From NCBI GenBank assembly GCA_000708835.1, contig DF237194.1:23317-87316 (forward strand): 64,000 nt of DNA. Reading direction: 5' to 3'. The notes below the pieces were generated by a model, which was given only the letters and a program-made list of their open reading frames with translations, was not told the DNA's origin and ran no database searches. Below, piece by piece: positions 37,267-49,211 of this stretch (positions are counted from its first letter, which is position 1; each line of letters starts with the position of its first letter). The stretch comes from Klebsormidium nitens. Taxonomy: Eukaryota; Plantae; Klebsormidiophyceae. Made by a program: the position numbers and the translations under genes.

Positions 37267-40200
37267 ATGGCGCCAAAGGCTAAGAAGGAGGAAACGAATC
37301 ACTCTGATGCAGTCAAAGTTCTTGAGGAGGGGCACCTGTTCTTCTTCTACCGGCCGAAAGTGGAGCAGGAGTCCCCAGAGAGCATCGACGATCTCCAGAG
37401 GTTGTATCTTGTGATGCGTCCGGTTGGGGGCTCAGATGTCGGGCCACAAGGGGAGGAAGCTGTGCAGGATGAGGGGGATGAGAAGCAGCTGAAGCAGAGC
37501 AAGGTGAAAGGATTGGTTGGTTTCGTTGTGGAGTGGACTAGTGCTTTTGCGTGAAACAGTGTACGTGTAAGATCACAAGCTTAGCTTCATCACTCAGCCA
37601 CTAACACCAGCTCGGAGAGACTGTTCAAGCACTTGGCATTGCAATTGAGCAATAACAGGCAAAGGGTATAGTGCATCTGACAGTTCCCAATATCACAATC
37701 AATGTTCTGCGGGTGTTTGGGTATGTGGGGTACAACCTGAGAGTAGCTGCTTCAACTGAGGAGTCTCAAAGATAATGACGCTGATAGTGATGATAGTCTT
37801 CCCTCTTGTGAGTCTCGTAATGTAACTGCATGCATGGTGTCTGAAACTTTCAGCAGGCAGACCAGCCACAGACTCCTCTTAAACTTCAGCTTGTCAGAGA
37901 CTTTTTACTCAAAAATCTGAGTTTAAGTTTTCAAAGTTTTGGCTCTGCCTACTGAAGCGGTCGTTGCGCTGCTCAATCATCTAATGTATGGATTGTCGAG
38001 TTTGTATTCAAGAGTGTTGGGTTTGAGGGGTATATCACAGAGTAGGCCTGAAGTTGGAGGACAAAGTTTCAAACGCGTCAGTTGTTCGACCTTTTCTTGC
38101 AAATGACAAGATTGGCTTCCTTCTTGGGCAACAGAACGACCTGACGACACCAGACAATCATAGCAAAATTGAGAGCCCCAAGATATCTGGACAAATTATA
38201 AGAAAAGTGTCATTCCTGCTATTTACGTCAGCCCATGCTGTCGCCACTTGACAAAGGTGTGCCTTCACAATGCAGGAGGAACATCTGAAAAAGGTTGAGG
38301 ACGTAGCACAGCAGACAGGTTCACGGGGCGGAGCCAAGCAAGAAAAGGGCGCCACTGCAAAGAAAGACGGCCCTAAGGGTCACACCAACGAAGAGCAAGC
38401 CAAAGGGGGGGACGAAAAATCTGCCAAAAAGCCAAAGACCGAGGAACAAGGCGAGGGGGATGAAGCGGAAGGTGGGAAAGTGGGGGGAAAGCCACTCCAC
38501 AAGAAGGATCTGAAGCTGAGGCTGCGGTATGTGGTGGTTGCAAAGAAGGCGCTGCCGAAAGTGACGGGGAAGAAGAGCCGACCATTCTGGGCGTTTGTGG
38601 AGACCGTAACGGACGATCCTGAGGTATGGTTTTGGGTTTTGGGTTTTGGGTTTTGGGGTTCTGGTTTTCGGTTTTGGCGATTTGGGGTTTAGGAAAAAGT
38701 AGGACTCTGTGGTTTGAGGCCGTTTTGGGCGTCCATGGAGATTGCCACGGACGATTCCGGGGTGAGAAGTTGGTGTTTATAACGTGAACCTCGTAGGAAG
38801 AACTGGCCAGGACTATGTTGAAACATTGTCCGTTTGGTTCCAAAAGCGGATGAGAGTTGGGGCATGGATCTTCAAAACCTCTTGTCGTTTGTACTCGCCT
38901 CTCTAAAATCTCCCTTTACCAAGACATCAACCGAGTGTCAAGCTATTGCATCTGACTTTTCCTGGCTTGCTGCTGAGACATCTCGCAATTTGGTTCGTTT
39001 GGAGATGGACACTGAAAGAATATCTTCCCCTTGAAAGCTGCAGTCTGCATCATCGGACAGATTTGAAAACATGCGGAAGGTACCTTTGACTGTATATTGC
39101 TGGTAGCATCACCGTTGTATCACGTGTTGGCAATTCAGAAACTTGGATCCTTGGAGAATCACTGAATTGCTTTGCCAACTTCAAGAATCGCTCTCGCAGG
39201 TGATTCGACAGAAGCTCAAAGGAAGTACGTACGAAACAAAGACCCGAGGGACGCGGCACCAGCCCGCGGCGCGGCCTTGCGGAGTAAGTCGCCGATTATC
39301 CGTTTCCAGATTGTCTTGCTTTGGTAATCTCAGGAGGCTGCATCGGTTGACCCGATAAGGCTTGATCGGTCTTGGAAATGGATGATGCCTTCGATTCGTT
39401 TCGGCGCAGACTATGATATTTGCTTGACTCCGCAGACGATCTTCGTGGTCGAATAGCAAAGAGTTCGAAGTCCGTCACGCGATGGGAACCATTTCCTGTG
39501 GGAAGCTTTCTCGACGTCCCGAGCCGCTTTATTGGCTTATTTGAACGCCTCTGTAACGAATTGTGCGATCGTTTTCAGTCCGTACAACCAAAGGTTCGAG
39601 CCTCGTTTACCAACCTCAAGTCCTTCGAATAATGAGGATGGTGCAATTACGCTTTCACAGTCTGCCTTTCAACGTTACCTTTTGTCTCTTTTACTTTGAT
39701 TTGCGGGTCCTGCCCCTGTACTCGAGTCACCTTGCTAGTAGTTGTTGTTTCTCTTCTGGCTCTTATTCTTGTGACGATGTACAGAGCACTACGCACCGTC
39801 AGCGAACCCCTACCACTGTAGTATATTTGCCTTTTTAGCTGTTTCTTCTTCTCTGACTCTTAATCTCAAGACATTTTTCAGCGGGGCGTATACAAGAACA
39901 CGACACAACGTAAGCGGATTCGTACCAATGTCGCAATTTGAAAGTCGTTTTCGAGCTTCGCTGATTCTTATTTGTGTGACGGTTTACAGGAGGGCGTGGA
40001 CAGATCATCACGCTTCTGAACGAACTCCTACCACTGTAAAGAGGATGAAGTTTGCAATCGTAGTGTCTTCTTCTCTAACCTTTATCCTTATGACGATGTA
40101 TAGGAGGGTGTGTACAAGATCACGACGCACCATGAGCGCGAGCACACGCACCTGGCGTACAAGCTGGAGCTGCCAAGCACGCCGGGCGAAGTGCAGGTAA

Positions 40201-42094
40201 ATCTGACGGCTCGAAGTGACCCTAAGTGAGACTTACCGGAGGCAGTTTAAAAGCGTACAACAAGTGTCCGAAAAAGCATTCCCATCTCGTTCTTCGCAGC
40301 CCATCGGCTTCTGAAGGTTGTGCTGCAAAGCAACATCCATAGCGTCCAAAAGTTCCTAGGTTGCTTGCTGTATCTAGCCTCCTTAAGCATCTCAAGCCCT
40401 GCCCGAGGCAAGCCTCGCAGTAACCCTTACAAGACTGCAAAGAAACCGTTGCGGCAGATGCGAAGGCTACGATCACGGTTATGCAGATTAGATACAACTT
40501 CGAGGCATTCAATCTCATGACATTCCAACGCCCGCAGGAGATCACAACATTCTGTTTGAGGCGAGCTTCGCAGTACTCCTGCGAAGGATCCATTGCGCCC
40601 GAAAAGCTGACAGAGTCGCAAGAAAAGCAACAGAACCCTCTTCTCACCCCGTTCCTCGCCCGCAGGAAGAGCTCAACATTCTGCCGGAGGCGAGCTTCAT
40701 CGTCCAGGTGAAGAACCCCGACACCCCCTCCCCGCCGAACGTCGGCCTGGGCAACCGCCTGCACCCGGACTTCCCCGATAACCTCAAGCGGGTCTTCCAC
40801 GGCCGGCGATTCGTCCCGGGTACGTTTTTAATTGCTTTTTTTCGGATATTGAATCTAAACAGTCTACATTTAGGTCAGATTTCTGTCTGCGTCCCCACAA
40901 ATGTTGCGGAAACTTGAACATTGAAACCGGACTTCCCCGACAACCTCAAGCGGGTTTTCCACGGCCGGCGCTTCGTCCCGAATCGTGTTTCCCGCCCCCA
41001 TACATTTACTGAAGTCTTGCCATAATTCAATTGAGATGTAATAGCTGTAGGCAGACTTTCCGAATCTCCCCATGAATGTTGCAGAGTATTCGAGAGGGGT
41101 TTTAAACAACCCTTTTGCCGTCGAGGTGAATAGACGGCCGCTCGCGCAGGCTCCGGGCCCCTAAAAGCTCTGTACCTTCTGGAGTCGTTTCGTCCTGGAG
41201 TTTTCCTGGAGCAATTGTTTACGTCGATGTTGGAAAGAGAATACAATGACTTTGATGTAACGAGTATTCCGGAGCAAAATAGCGGTGATTGCGGACAAAA
41301 GTCTGACGTCTATTTTCTTGCCCACACTCGCATTCCTTGAGTTCTCGTTGCTTCGGGACCGTCGAAGGTCGTCGATCTTCGCGCCAGTTCATCGTGTTTC
41401 GTGATCTCAAAGCCGCGCCTGTCAATTAGGGTGCGTTTGCTTGTCTTATTTTTGAGCCTCGGAGTTGCATCTCGACAAATTGGTTTTCTTGCAAGGTTCC
41501 GGTTCTGCGTATCCAATCTAGGGAACGAATGTATTTAGCTTGTCTTGTCAAAGAACCCTGCACCATTCCAGGTATTATCCAGTGCAAAGTGCAATACTTT
41601 CCAAACCTAGCCGCTTGACGCAAAAGGATGATCGGCTTCAGCCAATTCGGTCACAGGCGGCTTGAAGGCAGTTCAAATGAGTCCTGAATCCGCCGATACT
41701 CGAAGAGAGTCTGTTTTGCGTTACTTGAACCCTGCTGAGCCAGATTCCCCCGACCACAATCTTGACGACTCGGGGGCAAAAACTGGGAAGTGCTGGCCCT
41801 TCCATCCGTTGACGTTTTTCTAACGTGGTTAAGTGCATCAGCTTCAATTGCTTTCAAGTAACGAAAAGTCGTTTCTTCTTTTTCCCTTCTTCAGTGGACC
41901 CGCCTGACTTTCTAGATTACCCCGGCTGCGAATTCATCCTCATTTCGGCAACCGACGACGTCGAACACGAGCTCGGGATCGAGATACCAAAAGAGCACGA
42001 GGGCCTCGAAAGCAGTGACCTGGTGCGGACGCTAAAACTGGACGAGGAACTAGAGAAGGTGCGGAAGCCGCTGCTTGAGGGGGAATGGGCCTAG
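37267..42094 (+). CDS. Conserved protein of unknown function (resembles an uncharacterised family I recall from land plants and fungi, e.g. Arabidopsis At1g16770-like), 6 exons
   Basis: Exons 37267-37503, 38276-38623, 39200-39283, 40104-40196, 40666-40819, 41895-42094, phase-consistent GT-AG. Blocks: EEGHLFFFYRPKV, DDLQRLYLVMRP, KSRPFWAFVE, YETKTRGTRHQPAARPCGEGVYKI, HTHLAYKLE, SFIVQVKNP, DPPDFLDYPGCEFILISA. The family assignment is from memory, not from a search. Confidence 0.85.
38624..38692 (+). repeat. Telomere-like (TTTTGGG)n tract at the start of an intron
   Basis: gtatggttttgggttttgggttttgggttttggggttctggttttcggttttgg directly follows the donor at 38624. Confidence 0.85.
39763..40980 (+). 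repeat. Series of intronic exon-boundary copies around exons 4 and 5 of the unknown conserved gene
   Basis: Acceptor copies at 39763-39784, 39873-39910, 39967-40020 (real 40082-40103+). Acceptor copy gcccgcagga at 40529-40570 (real 40658+). A 51/54-nt copy of the exon 5 3' end lies at 40927-40980. Confidence 0.92.
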
Positions 42095-45000
42095 GCTTGC
42101 GACACGTGGCAGATCGAGAGAGCCGATCGAGGTGGAGTGGGCGCACGATTGGGCGTAAGTGGCATGGAAGGAGGTTGTTGATTGTTAAAGGTGGGGAGCT
42201 TGAAGCATCGAACGGTCGTCAGCGGACAGATGGTGAGTCCACACCAGGTCGATCAGTCGATGAGAAACAATTAGGTGGTCCAATGTTGAGGTCGTACTTA
42301 ACACGCGGCCCGGCCGAGGTTGCCTGGGGCGAGCTTTCGAGGATCAAGGGTCGCAACTAAATGTACTGCGTGTTACTTGACTCACAGCAGGCATGCCAAT
42401 GTATGAAAATCAGCCCCATTGTGATTCGCTTTGGGGGCCTGTAATCAACAAGCGGTGGATTTTGGGGTTTGGATCAGATGAGTCTCTCTTGACTTTGAGC
42501 GGCAAGGGTAAGAGCAGAGATCAACCTAGCAGCAGATCAAGGCACATAGACAATCCGCACTGTTCGGCTTTCGAATTGTTCGAGCAAGGAATTGCCGTCA
42601 CTCGTTTTGGACAGAGCAGCAGACTGCGGATATCCTTGCACGTTTGAAATTCTTCTGGCGGTGCCAGTCTCATTTCACCTCCTCAGGCTTTCAATATGTG
42701 CCTAGTAATAAAGCATGCACGGCCGATCTCAAATCGGTGTTGAGTGCTTCGTGTAATTTCATGCACCTATTTGCGTGCCCATGTGGTCCTCAGTAGCTAT
42801 ACCACGTTCAATGACCGTCTGCGAACTACGCAGTACCGTAGTTCTGAGATCGAGTGAGTCCGAGTTGATCTGCCATTTGAGCGCAATGATCTGGGATATC
42901 ATGATCATGTGCAAGACAACCGTCAAAGTAACGTTTGCATGATCGACGATCGTTTGCATGTGCAAACGATTCAGTTCAATTCGATATAATGTCTGCATGC
43001 TTGGTTCAGTGACCTGGCATCGTGAGATACCCTATGAGTTCCTAGCTATATGTACTAACGGCGCAACCGTGGCGGGTGGCATACTTGGAGCAAATTTTCT
43101 GCTGTTCTCAGTCTAGGTCAATTTGGCTAAGGCTAGTTGGGCATAACTGTGTATATTTCAAAAGTCAATCTGGTATGGAGCATTAGTGAATAGGGCCAGG
43201 CTGAGCTACCGGCGGCTGCAGATAGCACGACAAACTTGGACACAGCACTTCAGTGAACAGCGGCAGCCCGGCCCCTGCTCAAGCAACGTCTGGCGCTCAG
43301 AACCGTATGCATTCAGTCTACCATATGCTTCTTTCAGTGGCTCATACAATGCATATATTGATCGAACCGTCTTAGCTCGCAGACGGTCTGACAGTAATCA
43401 TACCCGTCAGCAGGCACAATAAAAAAATGTCAACTTGAACAGGGGCATGCAACAGTGTATGCTAAGCCTGAGGGCTCGACTTATCAACGCGTGCAGAGTC
43501 TGAGGAGGCATCCCAAACAAAGGACCACAGATATCGAGCCTGGACACCTGTTGCTCTATGACACCTGGACAGGCCCTACGAGCATCTCGCTAGATGGTTG
43601 TGGGCAATGAATGCTGACCCAATAATGGACGAATACTTTGATTTTTATCGGGGCCCATCCGATTTGGGTTTCTTAAGTTCGTGTTCTACCTCTTTCCAGT
43701 AGTCCATCCCCCTGCAACGAAAACTCAGAAAGTCGTGACATCTATCTTCAAACAGTGAAAGCGGTGGACTTGACGTCAGACTCCGAACCACCTTTGGCAC
43801 TCAGGGAACTTGCAAGAAACTACCCCCAAATCTCAGATAGTGCACCTGTTCTGAATCAAGAACACGTAGTGGTTGTTTGTTGCTTGACAAATCATCAATC
43901 TGAAAGAAACAACCTTGAATCCTTGTTCGAATCCCAAAACATAGAATTCCCTTGATTCAGATGGTGGTATGGCCTGCATGGCCCCATGAATGAAACATGC
44001 ACAAAGCAAACAACTCATCAAGCAGACTCGACGAAAGGTGGGAGGAGTCACGGAAGGCCATTTCGGAATCTTTCGAAGCTGCCACGCTAGAAACATACAC
44101 ACTCATATCTTGATTGCAAAAACCTTCAACGAATCTGCTCAAATCTTTAGCAACATCGTTGAGTTCCTTTAACAAAAGTAATCACCTTTTCGAAATCTAA
44201 CATTACATGAGAATTTTGCCAGGTTAAGATCCTCTTGACGCAACGTTGAGGGCAGCATAGGCAGAAGGGGATGGCGACTTACCTCTGAACAGTGGCTCCG
44301 ATGTCTGGCAGCTCATACCTCTGCCCCAGGTAAACGCCAGTTACGGTCCCCGCCGCAAAGCACAACACAGTCGGGTTTTGAAAGATGAAACCTGCGGCGA
44401 GTGTTCCCAAGAAGGCCCTGATGAAACCGGCCATTCCCGCTCAGGTTTCAACTGCCCCAGAATGACTGTACTACAAACGCAACTAACGATGACAGCTTGT
44501 CAGGAATCAGACTCACATGGGAAAACCAGAGCGCCTGCAGCCCCTTTCCCAACTATTAGTTCGAAAGGTGTGACCAACAGTAGAAAAGAATAAACCCTTA
44601 CTCATCAGTCTCTTGCTCTGCTGCCACCGGCGCAACTCTGAGACCAATCTGCTATTCGTTGCCGATGCTCAAAAGGCCATCGAGAGCTATGCCAACCTTC
44701 CTTGGTCCTAACACCGACAGAGGTCTAATTTGCCTCCTGATGTTGACTTTGTGCAGATGCAATGCTGGCAAACGACTAAATACTAGTGGTGAGAGTTTAT
44801 TGTGGACAGGGCCGCGCCCAGGCTGCCGAGCGCAGCTTCAAAAAGGTGGTGTAAAGAGCCACTGATGAAGAGGCCGCCACAGGCTTCAAAAGTCAGCGGA
44901 GATCAGTGATCCCCCTTGGTCCAATCCGCCCATTTCTTGCTCCAGATTGTGACAGCAGCTGAGCACAGGCAAAGCCGTGCATACGCTCCTCTTTGTGGCC

Positions 45001-45567
45001 CCTGCCAAATGCACTCGTGATGGGGGCACGCGACCGACCAAAGCGAAAGCCGCTGTATAGAAATGTCCTACCGGGCACCTCATTATTGTGCGGTGCTGAG
45101 GCCCATGCTGCCATGCAGGTAAAGCTCGCGAGCCCTTGCCCTCCCTACCGGGTGCGTCTCTGGTGACTGGTCAGCAAGAAGCGGATTTGGACAACCAGAA
45201 CCAGATTCTAGAAACCTGGAATGGTGCGCGACTGCTCAAAAACTCCATGATTGAGATTCAGAAGAAGGGAGGGCGCCGGCATTGGCATTAGCAATGAAAC
45301 GCATGTTGGTCCTTTGAACTTTGAGGTGACCGTAAAGGCAGACGTGGGATGGGTTGTCCTGCTTGTGGAACAGGACCTCTGTAGGCCCTACTTTACCTGC
45401 TGGTGCGAGGCAGCAGGCCGCTTCTGAAGACTTGCGAACTTGGCGCATTGCTTGAGAGGTACTTTGAGCAGGTCGAGCTTCTTTGTGGAAGGTCTAATCG
45501 TCACGCTTTTTCAGCATCGCTTCTTTCGGAACCCTAGGTAACCTGTCGCTTACATTCTGGTACTTGA

Positions 45568-48500
45568 ATGATTATGATGCCACACATGGCAGCACAGGTA
45601 AAGGAGGACCCGGAGGCTGGCCTTGTGGGAGCAGACGGCGATGGGGAATGGATGGAAGAGCTCCTGCAGTCACATGGTGCAGAAACTGCTCTAGAAGAGC
45701 TTCCCTGCAGCCTGGACTTCAATCTTTTCGCAGCGCCCTGGGCCACCCCTCTGTCCTCCTCTTTAGATGAAGCGGCTTTGGCAGACCCGTTCCCGAACCT
45801 GGATGATTCCTGGGGCTTGCGTTGTGAGGGGCCAGATCTGGATGGGATGCTGCAGGTGCTTGCCGCCAGTCCAAGGGCTGCCTTCGAGATGCATGATGCA
45901 CGTGGAGACGAGACTGGCGCGTGCAGGATCGATGTGCAGGAGTCCCAAGAGAGTAACAAGGTCCAGGAGAGTGGAGAGAGCAGTCAGGCGAACTCCAGCA
46001 ACTCAGAGGATAAGGGCAAAGCGGAGTCCTCTGGGGGGAGCCCTGCCTCCAGCTCTGGGGATGCGCCTTTAAGTAGCGCAGTCAAGCGGCCACTGGGGGT
46101 GAAGACAGAGAAAGAGAGTGACAGCGACAGTGATAACTGCGCAGGAAATCGGCCTGTCGTGGAGCAAGGGGATGTCGAAAAGCTACAGGAGAGGCTCATG
46201 CGGAACAGGGAGTCTGCGCAGCTGAGCCGGCAAAGAAAGAAGGTAGGCCGTTTGAGCTTTCTTCTTGCTTGCAGAGAGGGAGTGCTGGTTCTGGAGAAAG
46301 GGATTGCTGACTTGCGGTTCTGCTGCTGTTTGATTTCAAAGTAGTCAGATAGTTCCAGAGGCAGGTATCTTCAGTTCTGGGTAGTATCCAGCTTTTAGCA
46401 AGCTTTGGGACAGAGGTTGTGTGTGATTGAAGGCATCATTCACACCTTAGAACATGCATTATGCACCTCTGAAAATCGGCAGACAAGCAGTCAAGCGTTC
46501 TGGTGTAACACCCTGTCGCAGCTAGCACAGCTTCCCCAGGGCTTCTACTTAGGAGTCCAGGCATCATTCATGTAAAGAAAACATGTGGACATCAGCATTC
46601 GACAGGGATCAGAACAGTACAATGCTTACTGCTGCTCTTCGAGAGAGCGTGTGAACCTGCCTTTACTTTTGATTATTTCGCACCTGGTTTACCAAGAGCA
46701 TGACCTGCTTTCTAGCTTTTGCACTGTTAGCAAACGAAAGTAAACTCGTCTGTGATTCTAGCGAGCCTTCCAGTGTGCCATTGCTCTTTCTGGTTGGTCA
46801 AGTAATGATTGAAGCATCTTGGAACTGCACCCTGATGTTTTCTTCTGACTGGCAAGCTCTTCAGGCAGCAATCGCCTGTTGTCTTTGTGCATCTGTACAA
46901 ATCCATCTGTCCTTTCAAATCACACAAACCAAATCCTGAAGTGCGATCCCAGACTGTGATAATCAATCTCAACTGTTTCTGCAGGCATACATGGAAGAGA
47001 TGGCCTCCCGTATCCGCTCCCTCTCCACCACAGTCTCCGAGCTCAACACCACAATTGCACACCTCAGCGCTGAGAACGCTAGTCTCCGTCACCAGCTAGC
47101 GTTCTACCTGCCCCCCGGAACTGCGCCCCCACTCCCCGCAGTCGGTCCCCCCTACATGGCTCAGACCGTGCCTGGAATGCGGCCCTTATATCCAGCGCCG
47201 GGGCCGATAGCTTATGGCGGCTACCCTGGGGTTATGAGGCCGGGGTATGCGCCGCCTGTGCCTATTCCGCGACTGTCTGTGCAGAGGTAAGAATGTTCCA
47301 TTAAGTGACAGGCATTGAGACGGTCAAACAAGCCCGTTCTCATCAGGTAGGGCTTCATTGACTTGGTCTCACTGCTGCTACTGCCAGCTGCAAGCAGTAC
47401 AATAGGATACCGTGTGGGGCATGTTACAAAGTAAGCGCACCTATGCAACTCATTAACTGTTACTTGCACCAATATGCGCAAGTGTGGTCTTCAGGCAATT
47501 GTCAAAGCACCAGATCAATGGCCCTGCCAGATACAGCGGCCACTATAGATTAAGAGTTAAGCATCTCATGCACTCGTTGCAAAAAGCGGCACAGCCATAC
47601 AGATGGAAGGGCCAGAAAGAGTCTTGTATATCTCTATTCAGCAGTCTCAGAAGAGACACAAACGCCCACAAGTGTATCCTTGATTATGCTGTATCGTTTG
47701 AAGTCCGAGGACGAGTCTTTCAGAAGCCCAAGCGTAGTGATTGGGAGGGATGATACTCAAAAGTCCTCTCAAGCTGCTAGCTAGATTGCTTTGAGTTGCT
47801 GAACCCTTCTTTTTACCTTGCCTGCAGTGCCGCATCTGCCAAGAAGGCGACCACTAAGCGCGGCACGTCGGCCAAGAGCAAAGCCAAGGACGCCCCCGAC
47901 GGTACCAAGCAGCCAGCTTCGAAGCGCATGAAGCTGCCCGGAAAGGCTGCCGCCGGTATAAGCGCGATGGCGCTCTTCTGTTTTGCCATGGTCATCGCCC
48001 CCGCCAGCTGGCACACCTCCGAGTTGACAACTGGCACGGCTGTGCAGCCCGCAGGGTTTGAGGGTTTTGGCGTGCCGGGATTGAAGGCTGGAGGACGGGT
48101 TTTGATGAGCCTGCCAGAGGGGAACGGAAGTGTTGGAGCGGGGGGGGCAGGTAAGGGCCATGGCAGGGGGGGTTCGGAGGTGGCGCACGGGATGGCAATG
48201 AACGGAACTACAGGGGAGGGAGTTGGAAGCACGCTCGTCAACTCGAGCCTGGTTTGGCAGCAGCTGGTGAACGCAAGCAGCCCGTTCTCTGTGCCGCCCC
48301 GGGGGAACGATGCGCCCGGTTCGCAGCCCTGGGTGCTTAGCAGAGACAGGTCGGGGAAAGTCGAGGGCGACCGTTCGCAAGTTTCGGGGGTAGTTTCGGG
48401 GATTGTGCCAGAACGTGGGGACTGGATCCGAAACGCAGTAGTCGTCGAGGCGCGGCGCGCGGCAGGGCGGATCGTGGCTGACGTGGCCCTCCGAAAGAGC

Positions 48501-49211
48501 GCCACGTCGCTGATGACGTCACAGGAGCACGAGCGGCTGAAGGGGATCGCGACGCTCGCGCTTGCGGGGCGTGCCGAAACGACCCGCCACGCGGCTCTGC
48601 CGGCCGCTGGGGCAGCTCTTGCAGACGAGGGTTCAGGCTTCGACCGGTATCCTGAGCGGCAGACGAGCAACATGTGGTCGTTCAGCGGGGCCCCGTTTCT
48701 TAGCTCGGCAATGTGTACGGAGCTGTTTCAGTTTGCGGACCCGGCCGTCGTAAACGGGGGCTCGGGTCGGGAAGCACGCGCAGCTGCGGAGGAGGCCGCG
48801 CTAGCGGTCGCTCGGGAGCAGTCGTTGGAAGGAGCGGAGGCGAAAGAGGGGGTGCAGAAACAGAATCAGACGGCGAGTCTACGGGGAATGGGTCGGAAGT
48901 GGAAGCCCAAGAACCCGGATGCGGTCCCCATGCCGCCGGTCAACGGCACCCGCAGCCAGTTTGATGCGAAGGCCGAGTTCGAGGACGAGAAGCAGCCGGA
49001 GCGTTGCGAGGAAGGTGCCTTTGGCTGCAAGAACGCGTCGAGCAGCGTAGTCGTGTCTGTGATGGTTCCTCAGGTAGGGTGGGAGAGGTCGACGTTTGAG
49101 CCCAAGAAGGGCGCGTCCACGAGCAAGGGCCTAGGACAGATCTTTGTTGTTGTGCTGATTAACAGTGCGAAATACGTGACCTACTCGTGTTCGGTTCCCT
49201 CTGTAGCATAG
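45568..49211 (+). CDS. Membrane-tethered bZIP transcription factor, bZIP17/bZIP28 (ATF6-like) type, 3 exons
   Basis: Exons 45568-46242, 46985-47286, 47828-49211. Basic region RLMRNRESAQLSRQRKK is followed by a zipper (AYMEEMASRIRSLSTTVSELNTTIAHLSAENASLRHQL). TM segment GISAMALFCFAMVIAP, RxxL site RVLMSL, and the conserved C-terminus SSVVVSVMV...IFVVVLINSAKYVTYSC. Confidence 0.92.

Noticed and set aside
42101-42110. Perfect ABRE/G-box GACACGTGGC
   Set aside because: A single copy 7 nt after a stop codon, not in a promoter position; it could easily occur by chance.
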